Positions 1 through 14,782 of a stretch of DNA of 64,000 nucleotides are shown here, piece by piece (the first letter of the stretch is position 1; each line of letters starts with the position of its first letter). The translations under genes were made by a program, and so were the position numbers. The stretch comes from Octopus vulgaris (lineage: Eukaryota). The notes under the pieces are model-generated. The model was given only the letters and a program-made list of their open reading frames with translations. It made no database searches and was not told the DNA's origin. The stretch is from the NCBI GenBank assembly GCA_951406725.2, contig OX597821.1, forward strand, positions 95,294,001 through 95,358,000, written 5' to 3'.

Positions 1-44
1 AAAGATTATGTGACATATCCCCTCCATAAGTGTGCCTTCGTTTT

Positions 45-880
45 ACTGACTTTCTTTCCTTATAACTTCCAGAATTTCGATTATATCTGCATCAACACCA
101 TCTAAAGTGTATTTGTAGAAAATTTCGCCCGTTTTCCAATGGTAGAGTAGCAGATTCACACGAGTTTGCTTGGTTTCCTCATTTCTTTCCGAAAAATGGA
201 TATTCTTTTGATAAAATTTTCCGAAACTACTTTTCAGATGGTGTAGATTACGACAACATCGGAATTTAATATGAAAAAAAAAAATTAAAAAAAGGCACGT
301 ACACATTATGTTTGTCCCCCACTAGCATTGCTTGACAACCGATGCTGGTGTGTTTATGTCCCCGTTACTTAGCGGTTCGGCAAAAGAGACCGATAGAATA
401 AGCACTGGGCTTACAAAAGAATAAGTCCCGGGGTCGAGTTGCTCGATTAAAGGCGGTGCTCCAGCATGGCCGCAGTCAAATGACTGAAACAAGTAAAAGA
501 GTAAAAGAGTATACACACATCACAGATATCTACAAAATGCAACTTGAAATTTCGAGAAAAATTGTGATGTGTGTCAGTATGTACGTGCACCTACCCAACA
601 ATGTTATTTTTTTACACTAAACTTCGATATAATCCTAATCTACACCATCTGAAGGGTATTTGTAGAAAATTTCAGAAAAACAATATCCATTTTTTCCGAA
701 AGTAATGAGGAAACAAAACCGGCTTTAGGGAATTTTCACAACTCCTCTCACTACCCTAGAAAATACTTTTTCATAACAAATTCCTATATACTCGGAATCT
801 ACACCATCTGAAGCGCATTTATAGAAAAGGTCATTAAAAACAAATTCGTTTTTCTGGAAGTTATGAGGAAACAAAGTCGA
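45..880. repeat. Modular repeat built from ~90-bp subunits in direct and inverted orientation, interrupted by a SINE 3' half
   Basis: AATCTACACCATCTGAAG..ATTT.TAGAAAA...GAAAGT.ATGAGGAAACAAA unit at ~637-720 and ~796-877, partial at ~95-126, inverted at ~168-249. Confidence 0.6.
309..511 (+). mobile_element. SINE 3' half (CR1-type tail family)
   Basis: Near-identical to 52510-52708; ends GGTGCTCCAGCATGGCCGCAGTCAAATGACTGAAACAAGTAAAAGAG. Confidence 0.85.
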
Positions 881-1157
881 GGTGGCGAACACTTGTGTAA
901 GTATGCCAGGTTATATTAATAGCCTTCACATGCCTCCGAAACCAGTGAGATTGAGAGGTAGAGCTTCTTTCAGCTACTGACTATTTAGCAAAGTCGCCTC
1001 TATACCGAAAATATAACGATTTTCAATAAAGGTACAATATAGTTTTGAGTGAGAAGGGGGAGTACAGACGATTTTATTGGCCTCAAGACCTGATTGATAT
1101 AATCGACATCGGCGGGTATTTTAAGTCAGAACATGAAGGGACCTAACTAAATAGAGC

Positions 1158-1804
1158 GGCGATCCTTCGGAGATGGTTTCACAAAACTGAAAGTATTTGT
1201 TCAGCAATTTCTGTAATGTTTTTTTTTTCCAGCTCACATACAGATTAATAACACACACACACAAATATACATACATGGACATGAACACATACATACATCC
1301 AAAAATATATATACACATATATACACAAATAGACGTGCATACACATAAACACATACATACATACACTGAAATATATGTATATACAAAAAATACATAAATA
1401 TAAATTTCTTTATTGCCCACAAGGGGCTAAACATAGAGGGGACAAACAAAGACAGAGAAAGGGATTAAGTCGATTACATCGATCCCAGTGCGTAAATGGT
1501 ACTTTATTTATCGACCCCGAAAGGATGAAAGGCAAAGTCAACCTCAGCGGAATTTGAAAAGCGATTCGCGAAAACATGTATGTGTATGTATGTATGTATG
1601 TGTGAATGTGAGTGAGTATGCGTTGGAGTCTGTTTTACAATTCAACTCGCTCGTCGACATGAAAGACAATGATTGCACGTATATGCGAGTGAATGTGCGA
1701 CCGTGTTTTTCATTGTTCAACTAAAAGAAATTAAAGAAATAAAAAAATATTACGGAAATAAACGAATAGTTTCAGTTTTGTGAGACCATCTCCGAAGGAT
1801 CGCC
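1158..1804. mobile_element. MITE with ~65-bp imperfect TIRs, containing a Nin-type SINE fragment (1403-1557, minus)
   Basis: GGCGATCCTTCGGAGATGGTTTCACAAAACTGAAA at 1158 versus TTTCAGTTTTGTGAGACCATCTCCGAAGGATCGCC ending 1804; no clear TSD. Confidence 0.75.
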
Positions 1805-2251
1805 AAAATGTGCGTATGATGTTATCTGTAGATCTAACAACGATCATGTCGTCTAGTGCAGAAAAATAAAAAAATTTCTAACATAAGATACAAGACTACA
1901 AATTTTTTTTTAAGAGGTCTTGTAGTTGGTTAAATCGATGTCAGCACTTTATTAACTTCAGAAAATAAAAACAAAAAAAAAAAGGGGGATCTTTTAGGAG
2001 TTTTGAACTCAAAGCCTAACTAGATACAATCCATTGCTACATGGGATATATCGTATATCCCTTATCAACGCCTCCTCCACTGGTTTACGCTATTCCATCA
2101 GTTCTGGTTTGAAAAAAAAAAAAAAAATGGAAAAGAAAAGAAAAGAACAGAAAAGAAAAGATAAAAAAAAATTAAGGCGATGGTGTTAGAATGAAGACAG
2201 TATGAATTACCCGCCCCTTGCTCTCAATGTGACAACACGTGCGAGACAAAC

Positions 2252-2546
2252 ATGGCAGCCATTGAAAGAATGCGAAATTCCAACGATTCCATATCACAGA
2301 TCGCCTCCGTGCTGCGCGATCAGAACCAACCGCTCACAGAACGATTTCGAGCCTTGTTTACTCTTCGCAATCTTGGTGGAAAGAAAGCCATCAATGCAAT
2401 TGCAGGTACTTTCTCCGACCCTTCGGCACTGTTGAAACACGAACTAGCTTACTGTCTTGGCCAAATGCAGGACGATTACGCTGTTTCGATCCTCACAGAA
2501 GTACTTGAAGACGAGAACCAAGAAGTTATTGTGCGGCACGAAGCAG
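2252..2546 (+). CDS. DOHH: Deoxyhypusine hydroxylase, coding exon 1
   Basis: ATG at 2252; MAAIERM...PLTERFRALFTLRNLGG...SALLKHELAYCLGQM...VIVRHEAG matches the DOHH HEAT-repeat N-half with HE motifs 1 and 2; donor G|GTGAG at 2547 (phase 1, 295 nt). Confidence 0.97.
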
Positions 2547-2686
2547 GTGAGCTTTTCATCCTCTTTCGCTATCTCTACTTTACTTTGGAAACTATTTTTT
2601 ATAAAAATGAACAAAATAGCGATTAATTTGATGTTTATTGTATATATAACTATCTCATGTGTGCATGTGTATATATAAATATATAT

Positions 2687-2725
<39 letters not shown>

Positions 2726-2965
2726 GCATATACACGTTTGTATCTGCATTCTTAATTCTTTCGTTTACTTCTGTTTTGTTTGCAAATTTTGATTTTTAAA
2801 AATTCTGTTTACAATAAATTTAATATCCTAATTATATAACTTTAGGGGTTTGACATATATATACATATATATATGTAAATATATATATATCAGTGTGAGC
2901 AATATGCAGGTACGGATATTTCCCTGTTAATGGTAGTGAAAATGTAATGTTATACATAGTTATAG

Positions 2966-2997
<32 letters not shown>

Positions 2998-3496
2998 GTA
3001 CGTAGGTAAATATATATATACACATGTCGAACATATATGAGTTTGTATATTTCTGAAAATATCGGTCTATCTAAATGTAAATGTATTTGTGTAAAGTTGG
3101 GAACTGTTAGATTCGTTCCTAAATAACACGCATACACACCAACCAGGAACTGTCGTTTAACTCTCTCCATACAAGATTCACATGAACTACCTACGCCAGT
3201 TTTTGGACACATACAGTCACACAATATGTCTGAATGCTTGAAAAGTGAAGACAGTGATTATGATTTAAAGATCTTCAACTTTTCTTTTTAGGTGGTCTTT
3301 TAGGAGTAGTATTACTTGGACACCCATCTATCTATCTATCTATTCATAAGCATTCACACGCTTGCACACTTACTTACGTATGTAGTAAACTACTGGAGTT
3401 AAAACAACTGCAAAATTCTGTGTGTGTGTATTTATAACTAAAGAAAAAAGATAAGTAAATATTAAATAACATGAGTAGAAGAACAACCACAGGCAT

Positions 3497-3527
<31 letters not shown>

Positions 3528-6500
3528 GATATATATTTCTATTGTCAACTCTATATAGTTTCCCAGGTAGCTGACATCAATACAGAGTAACTTAAACAAA
3601 CGGAAAACTACAATGAAGGAACGAATGCCTAAACAAAAACAGTAATAATAGATAATATATAAACTCGCAGTTTACACATTTTTTTTTAATAGTTTAGTTT
3701 GTCGCCATTGCGCCTCATTCAGTGATTAAATATATCAGCTTGTTGCTTTTGAGGTCGATTTAAATGACGTTCTTCCCCTCCTCACATAAAACGTGCCTAT
3801 GTAAGAAATCATTACTGTTATTAATTTATTATTATTATTATTATTATTAATGGAAGGTTTGAGAATGATATGGAATAATAATGATTGTTCTTTCCTTAAG
3901 CCGATATAGATATTGACAAAGAAAGAGTATCTAACTCAATGAAGTCGGTTGTAGTATATACGTAACTACACCTTTGGATATATTTTTTTTATCGATTCCG
4001 ATTGACTTTGAACTCAAAACAATATTAGATAAATCTCAAGTTTCGTATCCTCCTTAAACCTTAAACAAGCGTTGTCAACTTAGGACACACCCCTACGAAT
4101 GATAGAATAATACTTGATATATTCAGTATGTTTCCGGTGAAACGAAGTTTACACTTTGTAAATCGTGACGTGGGGTGAGAGAGGAAAGACTCCGCCTCTC
4201 CTGCTTGTGTCATGTAAACATTTAAAACCCTAAACATGCACATCGAACTTCATACACCTCAATCCCTAAGGTTAAAAGAAGTTTCCCTTTAAATCGGAAA
4301 TAAGGTACTAATAAGAAAGGAACTAGTAAAAGAAATATTTTTCATAGCTCTATATAAAAAAAATATGCTTTCATTTCTCTCTAAAAGAAGACAAAATTTG
4401 TGATTTCATTAAAATATATCTAGTTGTTACGGAGTTGTACTTGTTTACGAGTGACTTGATCTGAGGTCGAAATGTGTTAGTAACACTAAAATATATTACT
4501 ATCACAATTTTCTTATTAGTTTAGTCAATTTCTTTATTAACCATGGGGTTGAGAAAAAGAGGGGACGATACGAGTTCAGTCAGTGCCCGTGGCTTTCGTA
4601 AGCTCTCTAAAACTTGGCTTTCGTTGATTGGCAGGAAAGACGTAGTGAGACGAAAACCAAAGGTTGATATTTGAGAGAAACGGATTAAGCATGGTGTTTA
4701 GAGTGGGGTTGAGTGGATACTATAGGTGATAAGAGGGGAGAGTGCTGTGGTGGCCATTGTAGTACCACTAGAAAGACAGGAAACTACGTTTGTGAAAATT
4801 TTCTTGTCACTCAAATGAGTGGCGTCTTTCTGTGTGTGGTGTAAGGACGTGTCTGTTATTGCAAATGTGGCAGCAGTACTCAGTTGTGGGTCTCACTTGT
4901 ACTTTCTAAAGAGTTAGTAATTATTACGAACTAAAGTTTTTCCTGGCCTTGAAGAGAAAGGTTCGTAGTCTTTGAGATGCAGACTTAGCTTTGTGCATTC
5001 ACCAAGTGATCCTCGATTATGATGAGGCCTTGCATTTGAAGCAAATTGTGAGGGCTGTAGGTTGCACATGCCTTGTATTTTAGTGAGGGAATGAGGCGCA
5101 ATAAAGTTTTCTTGGTATGCGTAGTAATTATGTTTCTTTAAGGAGGACAAGATTGACAAAAACAAAGGTATGTGTTTTGAATGGCCATCATGACTCCTCA
5201 GTGATGTAATCGATTCAGTTACTTTTATATCATCATCATTTAACATCTGCTTTCCATGCTGGCATGAGTTGGATGGTTTGACAGGAGCTGGCTTGACAGA
5301 AGACTGCACCAGGCTTCAGTGTCTGTTTTGGCATGGTTTTACAGTTGGATGCCCTTCCTTACATCAACCACCCCACAAAGTGGATGGGGTGCATTTTACG
5401 TGGCACCAGTACAGGTGAGGTCAGTTTTAGTATGGTCTTTATAGCTGGATGCCCTTCCAAATACCAGCCACTTTACAGTTTAGACTGGATGCATTTTACA
5501 TGGCGAATAATTTTTATATTTTCAAATGGCTGTCATTCTCGTTTGTAATCTGACTAAGTAAACCTATAACATGTTAATAGTCAACCCAAGTATAAGATGT
5601 GATCTGCAAGTTAAAAGTTCCAAGTATGCTAAACCAAAACCATATTGCACATTCAATATGCAATTGTTAATTTTGTGATGTGAAGTTACAGCCTGTGTAT
5701 GTTGTACTCTTGTCGTTGTCCAGTCTTATTCTGTATGCCAGTTGATGTTTAGCCCTAAGTAAGTCCTGATCCAACAGATCTATGATCAAATGCAATCCAG
5801 TTGTGACTGGCCCATTTAGGACTACATTGTCTCTTGAGTCTTCGGGTTAAGATCATAGAGCATCGTTATTTCAAGGAGACTTGATTGCTGATTCAGCCAG
5901 GTCAAGGGTTAGCTCTTCACATGGTGATCATAGGATAATCAGACAAAGAGGACTGTCTGAACGGCACTCATTGCTATTGCTGTCAAGAAAATGGAAAATT
6001 GGCACAATTAGGTAAATGCCAGACATGTGGTGTTTAGCTACATTTCTTCACATTCCATTTTCATATCTGATTGAGGTTAGCAGTACCTTTTATCTTCCTG
6101 GATAGAGGAGTTGATAAAATAAACATTAATCAAAATATTGGTGGTAGTTTCATCGCCCTGTTTCCTTATTCCTTCTATCAAAATGTGTGGCTTTGTAGTT
6201 GTGTTAGAAACCCTTATTGGCATCAAGGTAAGTCTAGTCCCAATTCCTAAATAGACACTGCTTTACTTATACTGCAACAACAAAATGCAAGCTCATCAGA
6301 TACCCATTTTGTTATGATGTCCTGAGCCTGAGTCAGAAACTCAAACCCTCAACAAAATATTTACTGTGTCCTTTGACAAAAAAAAAAAGACAAAGCTAAG
6401 TTTTGGGCTTGATCATCACATAACCATATCCTTTTCTTCACTTCACTATAAAATTGGTTTTAGTTTTTATATCAGTATTAAACAAAGAGTACCAGTATAT

Positions 6501-6540
6501 ACAGGGGTACTTAGTTCAATCTCTGTCTGTCTTTCTTTTT

Positions 6541-6574
<34 letters not shown>

Positions 6575-7119
6575 TCATCATTTTAATGTTCAATTTTTCC
6601 ATGCTATCATAGGTTATCAGATGCCCTTCCTGTCACCAACCCTCACCTGTTTCCAGTTAAAGTATCATTCCCTGTGGTGTTTCAAATGACAAACAGGTGG
6701 ACATATTTTCACAGCAGATTGTAAAACAAAAGCAATCTCTAAGTGGTGACATTGTTTATGTAGTGTGCAAACAATATCAAGATAGTGGAATGTCTTACCT
6801 CCCCCACATATATATGTATATGAGGATGAATGTCCTTCTGGTTAGGGTGTTGCACTCATGATTGTGAGATCATGGTTTCAATTCCTAGCCTGGGTGGTGT
6901 GATGTGTTCTTCAGCAAAACACTTCATTTCATGTTGCTCTGAGATCTCTTCAACACCTGATGTGTGGCACACCATGCACCCCTTTTAGGCAACGTTGATT
7001 TGATGGAGAGTGCGCTAATGTGCAGTGCAAACACTTGATCACTATAACCAAATTTGTGCAGGTCATTCAGCAAAAATACTGAACACCCATATGTTGTCTT
7101 TGATGGGACAGTCCATATT

Positions 7120-7525
7120 TATGCACAGATGTGGCTGTGTAGTAAGAAGCTTGCTTCCCAACCACTTGGTTCTGGGTTCAGTCCCACTGCGTGGTACCTT
7201 GGGCAAGTGTCTTCTACTATAGCCTCGGGCCGACCAAAGCCTTATGAGTAGAGTTGGTGGTAGATGGAAACTGAAAGAAGCCCGTCATATATATGTATAT
7301 ATATTTCTGTGTGTGTGCCTTTGTGTCTGTGTTTGTCCCCCTACCATCACTTGACAACTGATGTTGGTGTATTTATGTCCCCAAAACTTAGTGGTTTGGC
7401 AAAAGAGACCGATAGAACTGGGCTTACAAAGAATAAAGTCCTGTGGTTGATTTCTTCAAGTAAAGGTGGTGCTCCAGTCAAATGGCTGCAGTCAAATGAC
7501 TGAAACATATAAGAGAGTAAAAGAG
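7120..7525 (+). mobile_element. tRNA-derived SINE, diverged full-length copy
   Basis: Head TGGCTGTGTAGT...GGTTCAGTCCC, CCTTGGGCAAGTG core-like segment, internal microsatellite, same tail as 52260-52708. Confidence 0.85.
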
Positions 7526-7689
7526 TATATATGTATATAACGAATTTCCTACAACTTCGTTTCACCAATTCCATTCAAAAGGCATTGTAAGTCTGGGGCC
7601 ATAGTAAAGATACCTACCCACAATGCCTTGTTTATGAAGCACATGTCTTCACCTCACACCACCAGTGCTTGCACCTATATATATATCAC

Positions 7690-8076
<387 letters not shown>

Positions 8077-9519
8077 CTTAGGCATTGCAAGACTAATAAC
8101 CTGGTGTAGAACTTAATATATGTATACTTCAGAATGAAGTATTAGATGAGTATAGAGCAGCAATAACGAAAAAGATTACAATGGAAAAAGATGGTTATGT
8201 TAACATAATCATCTTTTTCTTATGTGTGTGTATACACACACATACACACACTCTATGGATATTTTATGAATTTTCAGATAATTTGAGTGGTAGGGTGAAA
8301 AGGCTTCGTGCTTTTCAGTTTTCAGATAGCCAATATCTGCTGAAATGCTTTGGTTGATAAGACAAAGGTTATATATCCCAATTCACTTGGTGTGTATATA
8401 TATATATATATATGTCCTTCCTTACACTCTCGGAGTGGTTGGCGTTAGGAAAGGCATCCAGCTGTAGAAACTCTGCCAGATCAGATTGAAGTCTGGTGCA
8501 GCCATCTGGTTCACCAGGCCTCAGTCAAATCGTCCAACCCATGCTAGCATAGAAAGCGGACATTAAACGATCATGATAATAATAATGATGATGATACACA
8601 TCGTCTATACTCATATTATTGGACCTGCAAGACTAGTCTCTGCTTTGGCAGGGAAAACATTAAAAAAGTACCTGTGTAGTGTGGGTATTCTCTGCTACCC
8701 ATCCAATTTGAAAACTGGTATTGTGGCTAGTCAAAAGTTAAGGATAGCCATGATTAATAGTTTAAATTTTTAATTGAACTGGCTCATTTCTATTGAGTAT
8801 TTATACCCATTGGGAAAGGGATGAATGAATCTTCCTAATTTACACTCTTAATATAAATCCTCTGTGTGGTGTATCAGTTCAGTTCACAAGTACATAAGTT
8901 TGGGCTCAGACCTACTGTGCAGCACCTTTGCTACATTAGCTCCAGGCCAAACAAAGCTTTGTGAGTGCATTGTAGCTGTAAACAAGTATCACAGTTGTAC
9001 AAATAGTGTCCTTCATTTCTAACCTGCTGTAAAAACAAGTCCGTCTTGGAAACAGATAAAGGCTGGTGACAAGAAGGGCATCAAGCTGTAGAAAACTTGC
9101 CCCACTAAATTCCTTTTAATCTATGCATGTATGTAAAAGTTGCTATACTGCAGCAAACTTGTGAACAAGCGAAACACATTGAGTATGTGCAGTTGATAAT
9201 GTTTACAACATTAGAACTTGTAATTGAATTTAATTATACTCATGCATTGCAATGGCATACCAGCAAATGGTTCTTACACTATTTGTATATAGTCATAGAT
9301 TGGCGATTCAGTTTGTCGCCGGTTTGATTCAGGTATGTGATGTCAATACGCCACAGAAATGGCAAAATATTGGTATTCATCACTCCTGGATAGGATTGGG
9401 GATGAGTTGCCTCACCTGTCTATGACTTTCAGGTGTTTTAACTCCCAGTGCTATGAGGGAGTCACCCCCAAAACACTATACAGCAGCAAACCAGCAAAAC
9501 AAATACATTATGTGCAATT

Positions 9520-9597
<78 letters not shown>

Positions 9598-9851
9598 TAT
9601 CTATAGGCACAGGCGTTGCTTCCCAACCACATGGTTCCAGGTTCAGTCCCACTGTGTGGCACCTTGGGCAAGTGTTGGCAAAACAGTGCTAGTCCTGGGG
9701 TTGATTTGTTCGACTAAAAAAAAAAACCCTTGAAGGCAGTACTCCAGCATGGTCGCAATCAAATGACTGAAACAAGTAAAAGAATATATCGTCATCATCA
9801 TCATTTAACGTCTGTTAAATGATAACGATGATGGTATATTCTTTTACATAT

Positions 9852-9882
<31 letters not shown>

Positions 9883-10436
9883 AGGGCAGAGTGGATGTTA
9901 CAGACACATTTTAGAGCTCATCAAGAAGGGAGGTAATCTATCTTATATCTCTATTAACCAACACATTTTATAACTACAAACTAACAGGCATATTCTATCT
10001 GCTTTCTGTCTCCTTTGTCAAAACTTCAGCTGTTCTCGTTTCTCTGAATCCTCTCATCCTGCTCAAGCTTATAAGATGCATCCATACCTCTTTCCTTTTG
10101 TCTCACTCTACAACCTATACTGAACACTTTCACAGCCATCTCTCCAACCTTATGGATCTCTTTACTCTGTAGAAGCATTTATAAAACCACCTTCAATTTG
10201 TCAGGGAGTGCCCACCTACCTGCAAAGCCTATGGGTGCAGCTCGACCTTCCCCATACTAGAGCATGAACACAAAATTTCTCACCAAAACATCATTTGTCT
10301 AATTCACCTCATCCTTATTTTACCTCTGTTTCTTTTACCCATCCCTCAATGCTTAGTCAGTAAATTGCTAATTGGTTTCTCTTCTTTAATTGCTTCCACT
10401 CTCTCTCCTCCTACATATATGTGTGTATATGTGTGA

Positions 10437-10748
10437 AGGCACATGGCTCAGTGGTTAGAGCATTGAGCTTACGATTGTGAGGTTGTGAGTTCGATTCCCG
10501 GACTGGGCTGCGTGTTGTGTTCTTTACATTGCTCCAGTCAACTCAGCTGTAGAAATGAGTTGCGACATCACTGGTGCCAAGATGTATCGGCCTTTGCCCT
10601 TACCTTGGATAGCATTGGTGGTGTGGTGCGGAGAGGCTGGCATACATGGATGACTGCTAGCCTTCCATAAAACAACCTTGCCCAGACTTGTGCCTCGGAA
10701 GGTAACTTTCTAGGTGCAATTCCATGGTCATTCATGACTGAAGGGGGT
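10437..10748 (+). mobile_element. tRNA-derived SINE, third family
   Basis: TGGCTCAGTGG A box, GAGTTCGATTCCC B box, no tRNA acceptor stem; followed by a non-tRNA body. Confidence 0.75.
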
Positions 10749-10763
10749 CTCCTCCTCTCCTCA

Positions 10764-10802
<39 letters not shown>

Positions 10803-10820
10803 GTGCACAGATTTTATTTA

Positions 10821-10965
10821 TTAAGAAAAAGGAAGTAGTCAGAACTTTGGATCATTATTTATTTAGCACTTTCATCTCATTTCTTCATTCCTGATGATTC
10901 TCCGAATTGAGATGAAAGCACTAAATGAATAATGATTAAAAATTCTGCCTACTTCCTTTTTTTAA
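10821..10965. repeat. Fold-back mini-element with hammerhead-like core, flanked by (TA)n
   Basis: Imperfect arms 10821-10879 / 10908-10965; CTGATGA at 10891, GAAAGCACTA at 10914. Confidence 0.65.
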
Positions 10966-10967
10966 AA

Positions 10968-11009
<42 letters not shown>

Positions 11010-14000
11010 TTGCATATGAAATCCTTCCTTCTGTTATGTCCTCTTCACTATTTGATTTGTGTATGTGTGTATGAAGAAATTAATTCCTGATCATTTGAGA
11101 TTTTTGACTCTTCTCAATTGCTATGTGATTGGATAGCCTGATGGAAGATTTTAATTTTTAAAAATTCTTTCTTTCATTTGTTTGTTTATTTATTCATTTC
11201 TGCTTATTGAGATCTAATTACAGTTAAAATATGAAGAATAATTAGCTGAATTATCTGAAGTGGCATGGTACAAGTGAAAGCAAATGCCTACTAGTCTCCA
11301 ATAACACGACCTTCTGTGACATAAATAGTGTTCTCAAACAAACTGGAGCAGTCCATTTTCCACTGCCTGTAACTCAAACGGTTACTTTTTTTCCTTCTGT
11401 TGAATCTTTGTCTTTTCCTTTATTTGTCTTTCCCTGAAGTCCTGTGATGGTAGAAATTAATTGAATACGACTTCCAAAGACTCAAGTGGAGGAAGTTTCT
11501 ATGCCAACAGCATTTGAACAGATGTTAGTCAGTCCTAAGAAGCACACAGAAACTTATGACAGGAATTAAATGTTATTTGTAGTCAAATGACTAAACCACT
11601 AGTATTCCCAATCCTACTCATCATCATCATCCTTTAACATCTCTTCTTTCCTACTGGCATGGGTCGGACAGTTTGACCAGAGCTGGCAAGCCAGAGAGCT
11701 GCACCGAGTTCCAGTCTGATTAGGCTTGTTTTCTTCAGCTGGACACCCTTCCTAACACCAACCACTTTATAGTGTGTGCTTTTAATGTGACACCAACATT
11801 TTTTGACTGTAACTTCACAAGACACATATGCACCTACATATTGATTCTTCAGTTGATAAAAACACTCACTTGTCGGATATTAATGGTCTATGTCACAAGA
11901 ATCAAACTGGGAGTAAAAGCTGGAAGGCTTACTGATGGTATGCAATGAGACTAGTATTTCAAACTGGACCCTCACAATAGAGGATATAGCCACAAGTTTA
12001 AAATATTAAAGTCCAAAATAAAACACTATTCTTACTTCAATTCACTACACATATTTGTCTGATAGGTAAGTCTTCAATCACTGACATGCTCCCCAGCCAG
12101 TAAGTCTCCTGTGATATGATATGTCCATAAGTAACAACTTAACAGATATCCGTACTTAGTATCATCTCTTGCCAAGATGTTTAGATTGGTGTCCTCCTAA
12201 GATTCAAGAAAGACAATAGCCTCAGTTCACCAAATTGTTGGAAATATGTACCAGATCCTCTAAGAAGATTATCTGCAAACTACCAGTGAATCATCCAGAG
12301 GTTGACATGACATTTATCTCTCATCCAATCCCAACTGTAACATTAGATCTAAATACTGAAACCTTAGAAACCCTTTAAGGCTCCCTGAAGCTATTTGCAT
12401 TACAAGGTTTTACAACACTGCTTAAAACAACAATTGGGATTGCTTGAGTCATTCGACTGAGCTGCCTTTATGAATTTGGGGATGTTAATTTAGGGTTCGT
12501 TAATGCAAGAAGCTATAATGTTTGTGCTCATCTCCAACTTCCCTGTCATTAAGTGGATGAGACAACTAGCACAATGGATGTTTGAATATAATAAAAGGCA
12601 GCTGAAGATTTAAATTTAAATATAGATACTTAAATCCAAGTATCTTGGGTGGATTTGTATCAAAAGGGTTAAACCATAGTACCATTGATGTAAATATAAG
12701 AGGATAAATATCAATATTATTGTTATTAATATCATTATCTAGTAATTAATAGGCATTCGTTGTACCAAAATTTTCTCTTTCCTTTTTGTTTTGTTTTATT
12801 TATTTTGCCTGCTAAATCCCATTCACTTGGTGCTTTAATCATATATTTAATCCAGGTTTAGGATTAGGAGCAGAATATCTTTATCCTTTAATTCCTATTC
12901 TTTTACATTTTTACATTTTTTATTTGTTATTTGTATGACATGAGTTAAAACAAGATTTTCTAGTACTGACTGTCACATAGCAACTACCTACACCAATATA
13001 GCTATGTTCACACACACAGGCATACGCATATATATTTTAGCATGCATGTCACACACACACACACATTTATTTTTACATTCTCACGTCACACGTCTTTCAT
13101 CAGCTCTTGACTGAAGATTGTAACAATTTTTGCTACCTTCTAACATTATTGTCTTATCTAGTGGCACTGAAAAACATTGATAATAGCAGATAATGCCCAC
13201 GACCCTAATCAAAGCACACTGTTCTGTTTCTACGTGTTTCTGTCATTCATACTGCCGCCATGCCAAACTAAGGGATAGCTGCACTCACCCTAACCCTGTA
13301 GGATCTATAATTATTGACTGAAGATGGAATTGTTTCTGTTTTTTCTTTGTCCCCAGGCATAGTTCTTTCTTTCACATTGCTGTACAATATCCACAATGTG
13401 GTATTTTCTGCTTCTCTCTTACTATTCACCAATCGCTGTTCTGCTGTCTTCTTTAGGGCCAATATGCTTTCTAAAATAGGCACAAAGCCTGAAATTTTTG
13501 TGCAAGGAAGCTTGTTGATTACATTGACCCCTCCAGTACTTGACTGGTACTTATTTTATCAACTCCAAACTCGAAAGGATGAAAGGCAAAGTCAACCTTC
13601 ATAGCATTTGAACTCAGAATGTAAAGCCAGACAAAATACTACCAGGTATTTTGTCCAGCACACAAATGATTCTACCAGCTCTCCACTTTGTTTAGGGCCA
13701 ATATCAACCATTTAGAACATTAAGAATAATCTTGCTACAGACTTTAGAGCATCACACCTTTACATGAAGTATTGTACACTGTCACCTTTGTGTCACATGC
13801 ATCTCCTTTAATAAGCCCAGTTATTTCACTACTGTAATATGGCTTAAGAGCACAAACACCTTGACTAAATTCTATTATATTTTCAATCCTTTGAATAATA
13901 GTGAAGTCTTGGGCTTGGTTTTCCTTTACTTGCACTTCTCCAAGGTCTTTGGAGATAGAGTTACATTTAACACAAGCAATAGGATAAAATATGACCTGAA

Positions 14001-14782
14001 TGACTCTATTTTCCAAAAGCTGAGACTGTTATCTATCTCTGTCTGTGTATCTAGTGCAAGCATGGATGTGTGGATCAGAAGTTTCCTTTTCAACCACTTG
14101 GTTTCATATTCAATCCCACTGCTTGGCACCTTGAACAAGTATGGAAAAGTAGACATTAGAATGATGTTGGTGATGAATGAATTTCATTTGAGATTTGTTA
14201 TAACTCAATATATACACTGCATTGGCGTAAACTCCAAAATGATGAAGATTGGGCCAAGTCAATTTCATTTTAGTACCTCCTAACACATAATTGGATAACA
14301 AGTATGAAACTTTGCTCTTATAATAGTGGTTGTAGTGAGTCATATATACATTGTTCTCCTGTTGGTTGGTTGTTTCTCATACAGTGACTCAAGCTGATGT
14401 GATATAAGATTGCTATCTTCAGAAGTGGATACCTTGTGCTAATATCAGTAGAGTGTTCATTTACCATCCCATCTGAACTGGTAAATTTCATGGCATTCTA
14501 TATTCGCAATCGTACCAGCTTGAAAATAATTAAATTATGACGTGTAGCAACTTTCAGAGTAATAATAGAGAAGCAATGTGATCATGGGATTATTTGTCAG
14601 CATTTTAATGTTCAGTTTTTGTGTACTTGCATGGGCCAGATGAAATTTGTTGAGGCAGATTTTCTATGGCTGGATGGGCTTCCTGTCACCTACCTCCACC
14701 TGTTTCCAAATAAGGTAATATTTCCCCATCACCAGACATGTTTTCATGGAAGATTGGAAATGAAGGATACTGCTTGTATTAT

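Noticed and set aside
10437-10510. Possible tRNA gene (also 7905-7978, 52260-52330, 60068-60141)
   Set aside because: A/B boxes are present but there is no acceptor stem, and each continues into a repeated SINE body.
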